Origin: Candidatus Woesebacteria bacterium
GTDB lineage: Bacteria > Patescibacteriota > Microgenomatia > UBA1400 > PJMF01
Direction: 5' to 3'
Assembly (NCBI GenBank): GCA_017999345.1
Contig: JAGNLY010000001.1
Coordinates: forward strand, 156,535 to 220,534
DNA length: 64,000 bases
Both the position numbers and the translations under genes were made by a program. Below are positions 9,539 through 18,823 of this stretch, piece after piece. Position 1 is the stretch's first letter. Each line of letters begins with the position of its first letter. The notes below the pieces were generated by a model. It worked only from the letters and a program-made list of their open reading frames with translations. It made no database searches and was not told where the DNA came from.

Positions 9539-12145
9539 CTATTTTTTAAGATTAATTTTGTTGTAAATGAATTTAAATAATTCAATTGTAGTCAAAACAC
9601 CCATACTGACCCCAAATACTATTAGCCAATCCATGAGAGTGAGGGAAGTGGTTCCAAGTAAAATTTGCAGTGGTCTGAGATGAACTGAGAGCACTGTAGC
9701 AATAATTCCAAATAATGAAGCTATTATAAGCCATTTATTTTTGAATATAGATTCTTGCCAAATGTTTTTAGTGAGTGATCTACAAGAAAAAACATAGACC
9801 AGCGAGTCGATGCTCAATGTGGCAAATACCATAGTTCTTGCTAGTTCTAGACCTCTATTTTGCCAGTCAATCCAAAATACCAGTAAACAACTGGCAGCAG
9901 TGACTACTGAAATTAGTATAATAAGACCCAACATCTCCCCGTTAATAAGTTTGGCATCAGATTTAAGAGGCTTTCTCTTGAGAAGACCTGAATCTTTTGG
10001 ATCAATTGTAAGCGCTAGGTTTGGTAGACCGTCATCTACTAGGTTAATCCACAGAATTTGAACTGCAGTTATGGCTATTGGCCAACCTAATAAAAGGCTG
10101 ACTAAAACGATAATTATTTCTGAAAAAGAATCGCTTAACAAATACATCGCAACTTTTTTTAGGTTTTCCAACATTGACCGACCTTCTTCAATAGACGCGG
10201 TGATAGTTTCCATATTTGAATCTAGCAAAATTAGATCCGAAGCCTCTTTGGCAATTTCACTTGCATCTTCAACCACTATTCCAATGTCCGCAATTGCTAG
10301 TGCTGGCGCATCATTTATTCCATCACCCATCATGCCAACTATTTCGCCGTTGCTTTGGAGAGCTTTAACTATTCTTAGTTTTTGAGATGGCTTTGTTCTT
10401 GAGAAAAGCAAGGTTGTTTTCACTCTTTTTTGAAGTTGTGCATCGCTCATTTTTTCAAGCTCATCACCCTCTATGATTTGATCGTTTTTAATTTTAAAGC
10501 CAATTTTTTCCATGACGGCAACTGCCGTAATTCTATAGTCACCGGTAATAACTTTAACTTTTATGCCTGCTTGAAGAGTCCTATCAATTGTATTTTTAAC
10601 TGATTTTCTAATTGGATCATCAAAAGCCATTAGCCCCAACCAATTTATTAGTTTTTTGTTAACTTTTTCTTCTTTAAGCAGAGCGAAAACTTCTTTGGCC
10701 TCTTCTTTAGACTTGCATTGAATGTAAGCAAAGCCGATTAACCTTCTGCCTTTACTAGCCCAATCCTCGATCAATTTTTGGTATTCATCAGCTTTACTAG
10801 AATTAATATTTGATCTTGCTATCATTTCTTCTGGCGCACCAGCAAGGTAAATATTTATTCCATGCCTTGAGGCTAGGAAGCGTTTTTCAACTGAAAAAGG
10901 AATGTTTTGGTCTCTTGGTTCTAGCTCTAATAATTCATCGGGATCTACAAGTTTTATCCGATTATCACCAATTAAATTATTTTTTGAAACTTCATGAGCC
11001 CATTGCCATCTTGCAATCTCGATAGGATCTTTTAGGTCATTTGCAAAGCAACTTGCTTTGTAGGCGAGAACATCATTTTCAAGTCTGGTCTCAACGACCT
11101 TCATTTTTCCTTCGGTCAGAGTGCCGGTTTTATCAACACAAACAGTGGTCACACTGCCCAAAGTTTCAGCCGCAACTAATGATTTAACTAAGCCTTTTCT
11201 TTTTAAAATTCGATGCATGCCAATTGCCAAGATTGCTGTTAGCCCAACTACCAATCCTTCTGGAATTGCGGCAACTGCTAATGCAACAGCAGTTTTGAAC
11301 ATTTCAGTTGGATCTTTTTTAAGAACTACTCCTGTAATAAAAATAAAAATAGATAAAAATACTATGCCGATGGTAATATTTTTGGCCAAATTATCTAATT
11401 TTTTTTCTAGAGGTGTTTTTGATTCTTGGTTCTCCTCTAGGTGAGTGGCAATCTTCCCAATTTCTGTATTCATTCCAGTTTTGGTGACAATAATCTTTCC
11501 TGAGCCACCTATCACTGTTGTCCCCATCAATAATGATTGACTGTTTTTTTCATTATCTTTTGCCAGTGATTTGATAAAATTTTCTAAATTTTCTTCTTTT
11601 ATATTATTGACGACAGTCTTTTTTGAGACTGAAATACTTTCCCCAGTCAGAATTGCCTCGTCAATTAAAAGATCGTTATTTTCGATAATGATGCCATCAG
11701 CTGGAACTTTGTCACCTTCATATAGCACGACAACATCTCCAGGAACAATTTGAGATATCGCAATTTGAATTTTCTTGCCAATTTTTTCGTTGTCATCTTT
11801 TCTAATGACCCATGCTTCATGAGAAACAACTTTTTTTAATGAGTCTAATGATTTGAAAGCTTTTCTTTCCTGAACAAATCCCAAAAGTGTATTTACAATG
11901 ATTGCCAGAAAAATAACAAAAGCATCAGTAAAATCACCAACAATGATTGTTACTATAGTTGCAGTTAATAAAACCAGAACAAGTGGATTTTTAAATTGTT
12001 TACTAATAAAATAAAAATCGTTGGGAGGTTTTTTACCAATTAGTTCATTTGGTCCAAAAATTTCAAGTTGTTTTCTGGATTGATCATTAGTAATTCCTGA
12101 AGATTTCATTTCTTCAACAGAAAACTTGGTTTTTACCATACTCAA
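9539..12145 (-). CDS. Cation-transporting P-type ATPase (type II, Ca2+/Mg2+-like)
   Basis: Contains the phosphorylation motif CVDKTGTLTEG, TGES, MGDGINDAPAL and about 10 TM helices. Confidence 0.9.
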   Translation of the reverse strand: MSMVKTKFSVEEMKSSGITNDQSRKQLEIFGPNELIGKKPPNDFYFISKQFKNPLVLVLLTATIVTIIVGDFTDAFVIFLAIIVNTLLGFVQERKAFKSLDSLKKVVSHEAWVIRKDDNEKIGKKIQIAISQIVPGDVVVLYEGDKVPADGIIIENNDLLIDEAILTGESISVSKKTVVNNIKEENLENFIKSLAKDNEKNSQSLLMGTTVIGGSGKIIVTKTGMNTEIGKIATHLEENQESKTPLEKKLDNLAKNITIGIVFLSIFIFITGVVLKKDPTEMFKTAVALAVAAIPEGLVVGLTAILAIGMHRILKRKGLVKSLVAAETLGSVTTVCVDKTGTLTEGKMKVVETRLENDVLAYKASCFANDLKDPIEIARWQWAHEVSKNNLIGDNRIKLVDPDELLELEPRDQNIPFSVEKRFLASRHGINIYLAGAPEEMIARSNINSSKADEYQKLIEDWASKGRRLIGFAYIQCKSKEEAKEVFALLKEEKVNKKLINWLGLMAFDDPIRKSVKNTIDRTLQAGIKVKVITGDYRITAVAVMEKIGFKIKNDQIIEGDELEKMSDAQLQKRVKTTLLFSRTKPSQKLRIVKALQSNGEIVGMMGDGINDAPALAIADIGIVVEDASEIAKEASDLILLDSNMETITASIEEGRSMLENLKKVAMYLLSDSFSEIIIVLVSLLLGWPIAITAVQILWINLVDDGLPNLALTIDPKDSGLLKRKPLKSDAKLINGEMLGLIILISVVTAASCLLVFWIDWQNRGLELARTMVFATLSIDSLVYVFSCRSLTKNIWQESIFKNKWLIIASLFGIIATVLSVHLRPLQILLGTTSLTLMDWLIVFGVSMGVLTTIELFKFIYNKINLKK

Positions 12146-12225
12146 TCTTAGTATCTATTGATTTATTCTGCAATATGCTTGGATTGTTTGTTATAGTACA
12201 TTATTAAGAATCAAGAAAGTTAATT

Positions 12226-13089
12226 ATGCCAGATAAATTTTCAGCAGTTTGGGTTTCTCACTCTTCAATCAGCGATTTTTTAAAATGTCCTAGATCATAT
12301 TATCTAAAAAATATTTATAAAGATCCCAATACAGGTAATAAAGTACAGGTTATTTCGCCACCACTGACTTTGGGAACAGCAGTTCATGAAGTAGTAGAAG
12401 CATTGTCAGCTATTTCAACCAGAGATCGTTTTAAAGAGTCGTTGCTTGAAAAATTTGAGAAAGTTTGGAAAAAATATTCTGGCAAAAAAGGTGGATTTCT
12501 TAGTGAGGCAGAAGAGGAAGATTACAAAAACCAAGGTCGAGAAATGATTAGAAAAATAATCAAAAATCCTGGTCCACTTAAGTCATTATCTGTAAAAATG
12601 AAAGAGGATTTACCATTTTACTGGTTATCTGAAGAAGACAACATTATTTTATGTGGCAAAATTGACTGGTTGGAATACTTGCCTGACTCTGATGGTGTGC
12701 ATGTAATTGATTTTAAGACTTCAAAAAAGGAAGAAGATGAGGATTCACTCCAGCTTCCAATTTATCATTTGTTAGTAGCTAATATTCAAAATAGAAAAGT
12801 TGAAAAAGCAAGTTATTGGTACTTGAGATTAAGTGATGAACTTCAAGAAAAGAAACTTCCTGATTTGGATGAAGCAAAAGAAAAAATACTTACAATTGCA
12901 AAAAAAATTAAGACTGCAAAAAAATTAAATGTTTTTAAGTGCCCTGAAGGTGATAAAGGTTGTTTTGCTTGCAAGCCAATGGAGGCTGTAATTAGAGGAG
13001 AGGCAGAATATCTTGGAGTAGGTGGTTATAAGAGAGATATTTATTTATTTTCAAAAGAAAACAATGATAATAGTAGCGAGATTTTGTAG
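12226..13089 (+). CDS. PD-(D/E)XK nuclease family protein with Cas4/AddB-like Cys cluster
   Basis: N-terminal Cys (FLKCPRSYYLK), a core GKIDWLEY...VIDFKTSK (D...D/ExK) and C-terminal CPEGDKGCFACKP. This 1+3 Cys arrangement is typical of Fe-S RecB-family nucleases. Confidence 0.65.
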   Translation: MPDKFSAVWVSHSSISDFLKCPRSYYLKNIYKDPNTGNKVQVISPPLTLGTAVHEVVEALSAISTRDRFKESLLEKFEKVWKKYSGKKGGFLSEAEEEDYKNQGREMIRKIIKNPGPLKSLSVKMKEDLPFYWLSEEDNIILCGKIDWLEYLPDSDGVHVIDFKTSKKEEDEDSLQLPIYHLLVANIQNRKVEKASYWYLRLSDELQEKKLPDLDEAKEKILTIAKKIKTAKKLNVFKCPEGDKGCFACKPMEAVIRGEAEYLGVGGYKRDIYLFSKENNDNSSEIL

Positions 13090-13094
13090 TTTCA

Positions 13095-13388
13095 ATGTAT
13101 ACTTATTTTATGGAAGAAAATAATTTAGATTTGGATAATAGTATAGCAAGTTTGGAAAGATCTGTTGAAAGATTAGAAAAAAAAGTTATACAAGTTACAT
13201 CTTATAAAAGAGTCTTTTTTATTTCTTTATTGCATGGCTTTGGAACAGCAGTTGGTGCAACATTCATTTTTGGAATAATTATTGCTTCTCTTGTTCAGGC
13301 TGCCAAAACGATTGACTATGTGCCAATAATCAATAACTTACTAAATTCGCAGGCAATTGAAGCAATTATAAATAATTTTACTCAATGA
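13095..13388 (+). CDS. Small membrane protein, unknown function
   Basis: 97-aa ORF with an N-terminal charged helix and one or two hydrophobic helices (FFISLLHGFGTAVGATFIFGIIIASLV). Confidence 0.45.
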   Translation: MYTYFMEENNLDLDNSIASLERSVERLEKKVIQVTSYKRVFFISLLHGFGTAVGATFIFGIIIASLVQAAKTIDYVPIINNLLNSQAIEAIINNFTQ

Positions 13389-13400
13389 CCAAATTAATTT

Positions 13401-14162
13401 ATGACTCAGGATTTAAAATTTGTTACATCGGTTAGCGGGCATACAAAAAATGGTCTAGTGCTTAGAGATGAAAATCTTTCAGATCTAATTCATGAGGCTG
13501 ATTTTGTTAGCACTATATTTTTATCAATAGTAGGAAGAAAGCCAGAAAATAAAGAAAAAATACTTTTGAATGCAATTTTAGTAGCTGGTATTGATCATGG
13601 AATTAATCCAGCAAGTGCTTTTGTACCAAGAGTAGTGGCTTCATCTGGAAATTCAGTTTTTGTTTCGATGGCAACGGCTTTGCTTTCTTTAGGAAAATAC
13701 CATGGTGGAGCCGTTACAGGGGCAATGAAACTTTTTAAAAAAATTAATGATGCTGGCGATGATATTGAAAAGAAATCAGATGAATTGGTTGAATTTTATT
13801 TGTCAAATAATAAAATCATTCCAGGATTTGGCCATCCAATTTATAAAGAGGTTGATCCAAGATCTAGAGATTTATTTGATTTGGCAAGAAAAAATAATTT
13901 TGATATTGAATACATGAATATTGCCAAACAGCTAGAGCATACAATTGAAGAGAAGTTTGGCAAAAGATTAGTTTTAAACATTGACGGTTCAATTGCTGCA
14001 TTATTAATGACCATGAAAATTGATCCACTGGCTGGTAATGCAATTTTTGGAATTTCTAGAGTGGCTGGGAGTATTGCTCATATCCTAGAAGAAGAAAAAT
14101 CAGGAAATTGGGTGAGAAGAATTAAAGATGAAGATATAGAATATAAATCGAGCAAAAATTAA
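13401..14162 (+). CDS. Short citrate-synthase-family protein (citryl-CoA lyase-like)
   Basis: GIDHGINPAS...LGKYHGGA...PGFGHPIYKEVDPR match the citrate synthase catalytic-domain motifs. At 253 aa it is only the small form. Confidence 0.6.
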   Translation: MTQDLKFVTSVSGHTKNGLVLRDENLSDLIHEADFVSTIFLSIVGRKPENKEKILLNAILVAGIDHGINPASAFVPRVVASSGNSVFVSMATALLSLGKYHGGAVTGAMKLFKKINDAGDDIEKKSDELVEFYLSNNKIIPGFGHPIYKEVDPRSRDLFDLARKNNFDIEYMNIAKQLEHTIEEKFGKRLVLNIDGSIAALLMTMKIDPLAGNAIFGISRVAGSIAHILEEEKSGNWVRRIKDEDIEYKSSKN

Positions 14163-14188
14163 TTATTTTTTATTTGGAGGAACCAGAC

Positions 14189-14866
14189 ATGGATGCTATT
14201 ACTTACTTCATTAATTTTATTTTACATTTAGACAAGCACTTAGCTGAGATAATTGCCGCTTATGGATCGCTCACTTACTTAATATTTTTTGGAATTGTTT
14301 TTGCTGAAACTGGATTAGTAATTTTCCCATTTTTACCAGGAGATTCACTTTTATTTGCAGCGGGTACTTTTACCGCACTAGGCTCTTTGCACTTTTTAGC
14401 AACTTTCTTAATTTTATTTGCAGCAGCAGTTCTTGGAGATTCTGTGAACTATTGGATTGGAAATATATTTGGAAAGAAAATTGTCGATAATCCAAAAATT
14501 ACTTTTGTTAATCAAGAGCATATCGATAAAACAGAAGCCTTTTATAAAAAATATGGTGCTAAAACCATTATTTTAGCCAGATTTGTGCCAATAGTTAGAA
14601 CTTTTGCTCCATTTGTTGCGGGTGTAGGTAAGATGAACTACCAACATTTTTTTGTCTATAATATTGTCGGTGCATTTGTTTGGGTTGGCATATTTATGAC
14701 TTTGGGTTATTTCTTTGGCAATGTTGAAATAGTTAAAGAACATTTTTCTTTGGCAATGTTGGCTATCATTGGCATTTCTGTCTTACCAATGGCTTATGAA
14801 TATATTAAACATAAAAACAGTCCATCTACACCACAAAGAATATTAGAAAAAGATGTCAACAAATAA
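14189..14866 (+). CDS. DedA/SNARE-associated family membrane protein
   Basis: Carries the DedA signature VFAETGLVIFPFLPGDSLLFAAG...ILARFVPIVRTFAPFVAG. GGAGG lies 8 nt upstream of ATG 14189; the track start at 14174 is TTG inside the RBS. Confidence 0.8.
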   Translation: MDAITYFINFILHLDKHLAEIIAAYGSLTYLIFFGIVFAETGLVIFPFLPGDSLLFAAGTFTALGSLHFLATFLILFAAAVLGDSVNYWIGNIFGKKIVDNPKITFVNQEHIDKTEAFYKKYGAKTIILARFVPIVRTFAPFVAGVGKMNYQHFFVYNIVGAFVWVGIFMTLGYFFGNVEIVKEHFSLAMLAIIGISVLPMAYEYIKHKNSPSTPQRILEKDVNK

Positions 14867-15449
14867 AGAAATTGAGTATCCGTCTTCGTTGCAGCCAATA
14901 CCAGAAAATGCAAAGTTAGTTTTTAAGGGTTTGATTTTCGAAGTCTGGCAATGGCAGCAAACAATGTTTGATGGAACCGTCAAGACTTTTGAAAAAGCAA
15001 AAAGAAGATCATCTGTGGGAATTTTACCAATTACTAAAGACGGTAAAATCATAATTTCATATCAGCAACAACCACAAATGAGGCCATTTATTAGTTTGCT
15101 TGGTGGAGTAGTTGATGAGGGCGAAGATCCATTTGATGCAGCTGAGCGAGAGCTTTTGGAAGAAGCTGGGATGAAAGCTGAAAAAATAGATTTATGGTTT
15201 GCAGTGCAACCTGTGACTAAAGTTGAGTGGCCAATCTATATTTACATTGCTAAGGGTTGTGAGGAAATTGCTAATCAGAATTTAGACTCTGGGGAGAAAA
15301 TTGAAATCAAAAAGATAGATTGGGAAGAGTTTAAAGATTTGGTTTTGGATGAAAATTTTAGAGATTCAGAAATAAAATACAGCTTTTTGAAAGCCATGCA
15401 AGAAGATGGCGGACTGGAAAAACTTAAGAATTTTATTTTTTCAAAATAA
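14853..15449 (+). CDS. NUDIX hydrolase (ADP-ribose pyrophosphatase-like), intact Nudix box
   Basis: GGVVDEGEDPFDAAERELLEEAGM fits the signature GX5EX7REUXEEXGU. Confidence 0.8.
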   Translation: MSTNKEIEYPSSLQPIPENAKLVFKGLIFEVWQWQQTMFDGTVKTFEKAKRRSSVGILPITKDGKIIISYQQQPQMRPFISLLGGVVDEGEDPFDAAERELLEEAGMKAEKIDLWFAVQPVTKVEWPIYIYIAKGCEEIANQNLDSGEKIEIKKIDWEEFKDLVLDENFRDSEIKYSFLKAMQEDGGLEKLKNFIFSK

Positions 15450-16407
15450 GTTCAATTTTACTTTTAATTTCTGACTTAATATCGTGAGCCATAAAACCAA
15501 TAAAAATCATTAAATTTTGATTTACATTTTCAATCTCTAATTCAGCAAAATCAGTTCTTTTTCCAACTGTATTAAACAAGTGGAACTTTTCGTCTTCCAT
15601 TTTTACAAAACCTTTAACTCTAAAAATATTTTTTGGCAGTTCGCTTAAAAGCATTTTCAGTTCTTCAGCGTTAAACTTTCCTAATGGGTTTAGATTAAAT
15701 GTTTGTATTTTATCTTTTTCCACATGATCTGATTCGCTACGCTCAGATTCATTATGATGATCTTCATCTTTATATTTTTCAAGTAAGTTTGACAAATCTT
15801 TTGAATCTAGTCCAAAAACTAAATCTGAAGAAATTTTGCCATTTTGAGCTTCAATAATTGGGGAGTTGGAATTTAGTTCTCTAACATAACCAACAACAGC
15901 CTTTTTTTGTTCAAGACTTGCCAGTTCAACTTTATTGAAAACTAGCAAATCTGTGAATTTTGTTTGATTTTGCGCGGTCACACTCAGGTCTTTGTAGCCC
16001 TCAAAATTTACGACATCAATTATTCCTATCACACCATCTCTTGTTAAGTGAGGATGAGAAGAAATCATTAAAGCGAGCGCTGATGGATCAGCTGCGCCCG
16101 AAGCTTCAATAATAATTCTATCTGGAGAAAATGATTCTACTATTTCATTAATTGAGTTTATAAAAGGTCCAACTAGAGTGCAACAAATACAGCCATTTAA
16201 GAGTTCTTTAGTTTTAATTCCTTTACCTTCAATAATTTTGCCATCTACATCGCTATCGCCAATTTCATTTTTGATGTATATGACCTGTTGGCCTTTTGAT
16301 TGGATTTCATCGATCAGGCTTGAAATTATGGTTGTTTTGCCTGAGCCTAAAAAACCTGAAAAAACTGTGGTAGGAATTTTTTTATTAGTATTAATCTGAT
16401 CGATCAT
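15433..16407 (-). CDS. CobW/COG0523-family GTPase (metal chaperone)
   Basis: Contains the P-loop GFLGSGKTT, the CxCC motif GCICCT and a C-terminal CobW_C-like region. Confidence 0.8.
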   Translation of the reverse strand: MIDQINTNKKIPTTVFSGFLGSGKTTIISSLIDEIQSKGQQVIYIKNEIGDSDVDGKIIEGKGIKTKELLNGCICCTLVGPFINSINEIVESFSPDRIIIEASGAADPSALALMISSHPHLTRDGVIGIIDVVNFEGYKDLSVTAQNQTKFTDLLVFNKVELASLEQKKAVVGYVRELNSNSPIIEAQNGKISSDLVFGLDSKDLSNLLEKYKDEDHHNESERSESDHVEKDKIQTFNLNPLGKFNAEELKMLLSELPKNIFRVKGFVKMEDEKFHLFNTVGKRTDFAELEIENVNQNLMIFIGFMAHDIKSEIKSKIELILKK

Positions 16408-16474
16408 GATAGGATGATTTTAGCTTTGATTAAAGCATAAAACAATAAGCCAAGATTTGAAGTTATAAAAGATT

Positions 16475-17401
16475 TTATTTCTTAATTTTTAAAATTCCAA
16501 AATTAACGCCGCCAAATCTTGACTCAACAATTTCCACATCCCAGTCATTAGAAAATTCTTTCATTTTTTCTTGAGTATGCGTGACATCTAATTCAAGCAA
16601 AATTATTCCTATTTCTGATAACAGATTTTTTGATTGGTCCAAGAGCTTTCTAACTATATATAGACCATCAATTCCGCCATCTAAAGCTAAATGAGGTTCA
16701 AAGTCTTTGACCGAGCTATCAAGTTTATTTATTCTCTCAGTGGGAATATATGGAAGATTGGCAATAATTAGGTCAAATTTAATTTTTGAATCGTCAATTT
16801 GATTTGAATTACTAATAGAATTTGTTCTGCTAACAGAATTTGCGCTGTCCCCAGAAATTGAGCTATTGTTAGAAGTTTGATTGTTCACTGAGCTAAGTAA
16901 ATCTGACTCAATAAAATTTACAGGAAGTTGTGGGTCAAGATTTTCTAAATTTATTTTTGCAGTGTTGAGGGCTTTTTGTGAGATATCAACTCCTGTTATT
17001 TGAAATAAAATCCCCATTTTCTTTAATGCTTTGGCAAGGCTTATGGCAATTGCACCACTACCAGTTCCTATATCCACTATTTGGAGAATTTTATTTTTAT
17101 GCCCCGGTGAAACTTCTGTTCCTTCGGAATTCATCTCGTCTTCGGAGCGATGTGCTATTTGCGAATTTTTAATCACAGTTTTAATTGCTAATTCAACTAA
17201 TTCTTCTGTTTCAATTCTTGGAATCAAAACATCTTGATTAACTTCAAATATTGAATTTAGAAATTCCACTTTGCCAGTTAAGTATTCCACCGGCATCTCA
17301 GTTTTTTCAAGTTCTTCAAAATCTATTTTATATTTGAGAAGCTGGTTTTTTTCGTAGGGAGTTAGTTTCCTATTGTTGATCATGTTATTTTTATTTTTCA
17401 A
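16475..17401 (-). CDS. prmC: Release-factor glutamine N5-methyltransferase (PrmC/HemK family)
   Basis: Contains the SAM motif VDIGTGSGAIAISLA and the catalytic tetrapeptide region IIANLPYIP (NLPY instead of canonical NPPY). Low-complexity S/N-rich insertions are present. Confidence 0.7.
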   Translation of the reverse strand: MKNKNNMINNRKLTPYEKNQLLKYKIDFEELEKTEMPVEYLTGKVEFLNSIFEVNQDVLIPRIETEELVELAIKTVIKNSQIAHRSEDEMNSEGTEVSPGHKNKILQIVDIGTGSGAIAISLAKALKKMGILFQITGVDISQKALNTAKINLENLDPQLPVNFIESDLLSSVNNQTSNNSSISGDSANSVSRTNSISNSNQIDDSKIKFDLIIANLPYIPTERINKLDSSVKDFEPHLALDGGIDGLYIVRKLLDQSKNLLSEIGIILLELDVTHTQEKMKEFSNDWDVEIVESRFGGVNFGILKIKK

Positions 17402-17533
17402 AAGCTTTAAATTTATTTAATAAAATCTACTACATTAAATAGTACTTGTTTTTTTTGCTCTTTTGTATGAAGATAAAAAAGCATCTAACGTTGCATATTT
17501 ATAAACATTATATCAATAAGAAGGATATCACCA

Positions 17534-18328
17534 ATGCCAAAGAATGAAGCAAGTCCAAAAAATATGTTTTCTTTTGCGAGTTTCGTAAATTTTCTTTCAG
17601 AAAATTTTGTTCTCATCGTAATCGCACTAGCATTTTTATTAGGAGGATTTTTATTAGGATCAATCTGGACTGAAAATAAAATGTTAAAGAGTGGCACCAA
17701 AGCTGGTGCACCAACGGCAGCAGTAGCAGCCCCAACAACCGGTGGCGCTGCTCCAGCAAGAGACCTTTCAATCGCAGGATTAGTCGCTAAAGGCAAAGAA
17801 GTTGGAGTCAAAGAGTCTGACCTTCAAAAATGTATAGACAGTGGTGAAATGGCCGACAAAGTTGCCGCTGATCAAACAGCCGGTTCTAATGGCGGTATTA
17901 CAGGTACCCCAGGAACAGTCATTTTTGTAAATGGCAAACCAGCTGAAGTAATTCCAGGTGCATTACCATACGCTCAGGTTAAAACCTTGATCGACAACTA
18001 TGTAAATGGTGGAGCTATTGACCCAACTAAATCTGCATCAGTTGCAAATATTCCTCCAGTTGCTGATTCAGATCATTACAGAGGTAGTAAATCTGCAAAT
18101 ATCGTTTTAGTTGAATACTCAGATTACGAATGCCCATTCTGCGAGAAGTTCCATCCAACCATGACTCAAGTAATGGATGAATATGGCGATAAAGTTGGCT
18201 GGGTACTCAGAAACTTCCCATTATCCTTTCACCCAAGTGCACAAAAAGCAGCTGAAGCAGCAGAATGTGTAGCAAGTTTGGCTGGAAATGACACTTTCTG
18301 GGAATACTCAGACGCACTTTTTAATTAA
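17534..18328 (+). CDS. Membrane-anchored DsbA-like thioredoxin-fold oxidoreductase (apparently permuted)
   Basis: Has an N-terminal TM helix and the CxxC segment VLVEYSDYECPFCEKFHP...FWEYSDALFN at the C-terminus. The usually C-terminal GITGTPGTVIFVNG...GALPY segment comes first. Confidence 0.7.
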   Translation: MPKNEASPKNMFSFASFVNFLSENFVLIVIALAFLLGGFLLGSIWTENKMLKSGTKAGAPTAAVAAPTTGGAAPARDLSIAGLVAKGKEVGVKESDLQKCIDSGEMADKVAADQTAGSNGGITGTPGTVIFVNGKPAEVIPGALPYAQVKTLIDNYVNGGAIDPTKSASVANIPPVADSDHYRGSKSANIVLVEYSDYECPFCEKFHPTMTQVMDEYGDKVGWVLRNFPLSFHPSAQKAAEAAECVASLAGNDTFWEYSDALFN

Positions 18329-18349
18329 ATTGCTTACAAGAAAGATTAT

Positions 18350-18781
18350 ATGAACATTAAAACTCAGTTGATTGAGGATATGAAGACCGCCATGAAGGCT
18401 AAGGATACAGTAAAACTAGGTGTCATTAGATTCTTAAGATCAGAAATTAAAAATTTCGAGATCGATAATGGTGATCAAGATGACAAGGGAGTTGAAAAAG
18501 TAATTTCATCTCAGGCCAAAAAAATCAAAGATGCATTGAATGACTTTAGAGCTGCAGGTAGAAATGACCTTGTCGTTGAGGAAGAAGCCAAGCTAGTTAT
18601 TCTCGAATCTTATTTACCAAAACAAATGAGTGATGATGAACTTAGAGCAATAGTTTCAAAAATTGTAGACGAAACAGAAGACAAAAACATGGGAAAGTTA
18701 ATTGGTGCTGTTGTTAAAGCCGTCGACGGTAAAGCAGACGGTGGCAGAGTTTCGGCAATGGTAAAAGAAAAACTACAATAA
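18350..18781 (+). CDS. GatB/YqeY domain protein
   Basis: The full length (LIEDMKTAMKAKD...LRSEIKN...ESYLP...) resembles the YqeY family. Confidence 0.8.
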   Translation: MNIKTQLIEDMKTAMKAKDTVKLGVIRFLRSEIKNFEIDNGDQDDKGVEKVISSQAKKIKDALNDFRAAGRNDLVVEEEAKLVILESYLPKQMSDDELRAIVSKIVDETEDKNMGKLIGAVVKAVDGKADGGRVSAMVKEKLQ

Positions 18782-18823
18782 TTTTTCTCTAGTCAAATAA
18801 TCTGCAAATTTAATGGGTGAGAT

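Noticed and set aside
17485-17811. 108-aa minus-strand ORF rich in Ala/Pro
   Set aside because: It is antisense to the DsbA-like gene's Ala/Pro-rich linker and is an artefact of the local G+C-rich low-complexity coding sequence.
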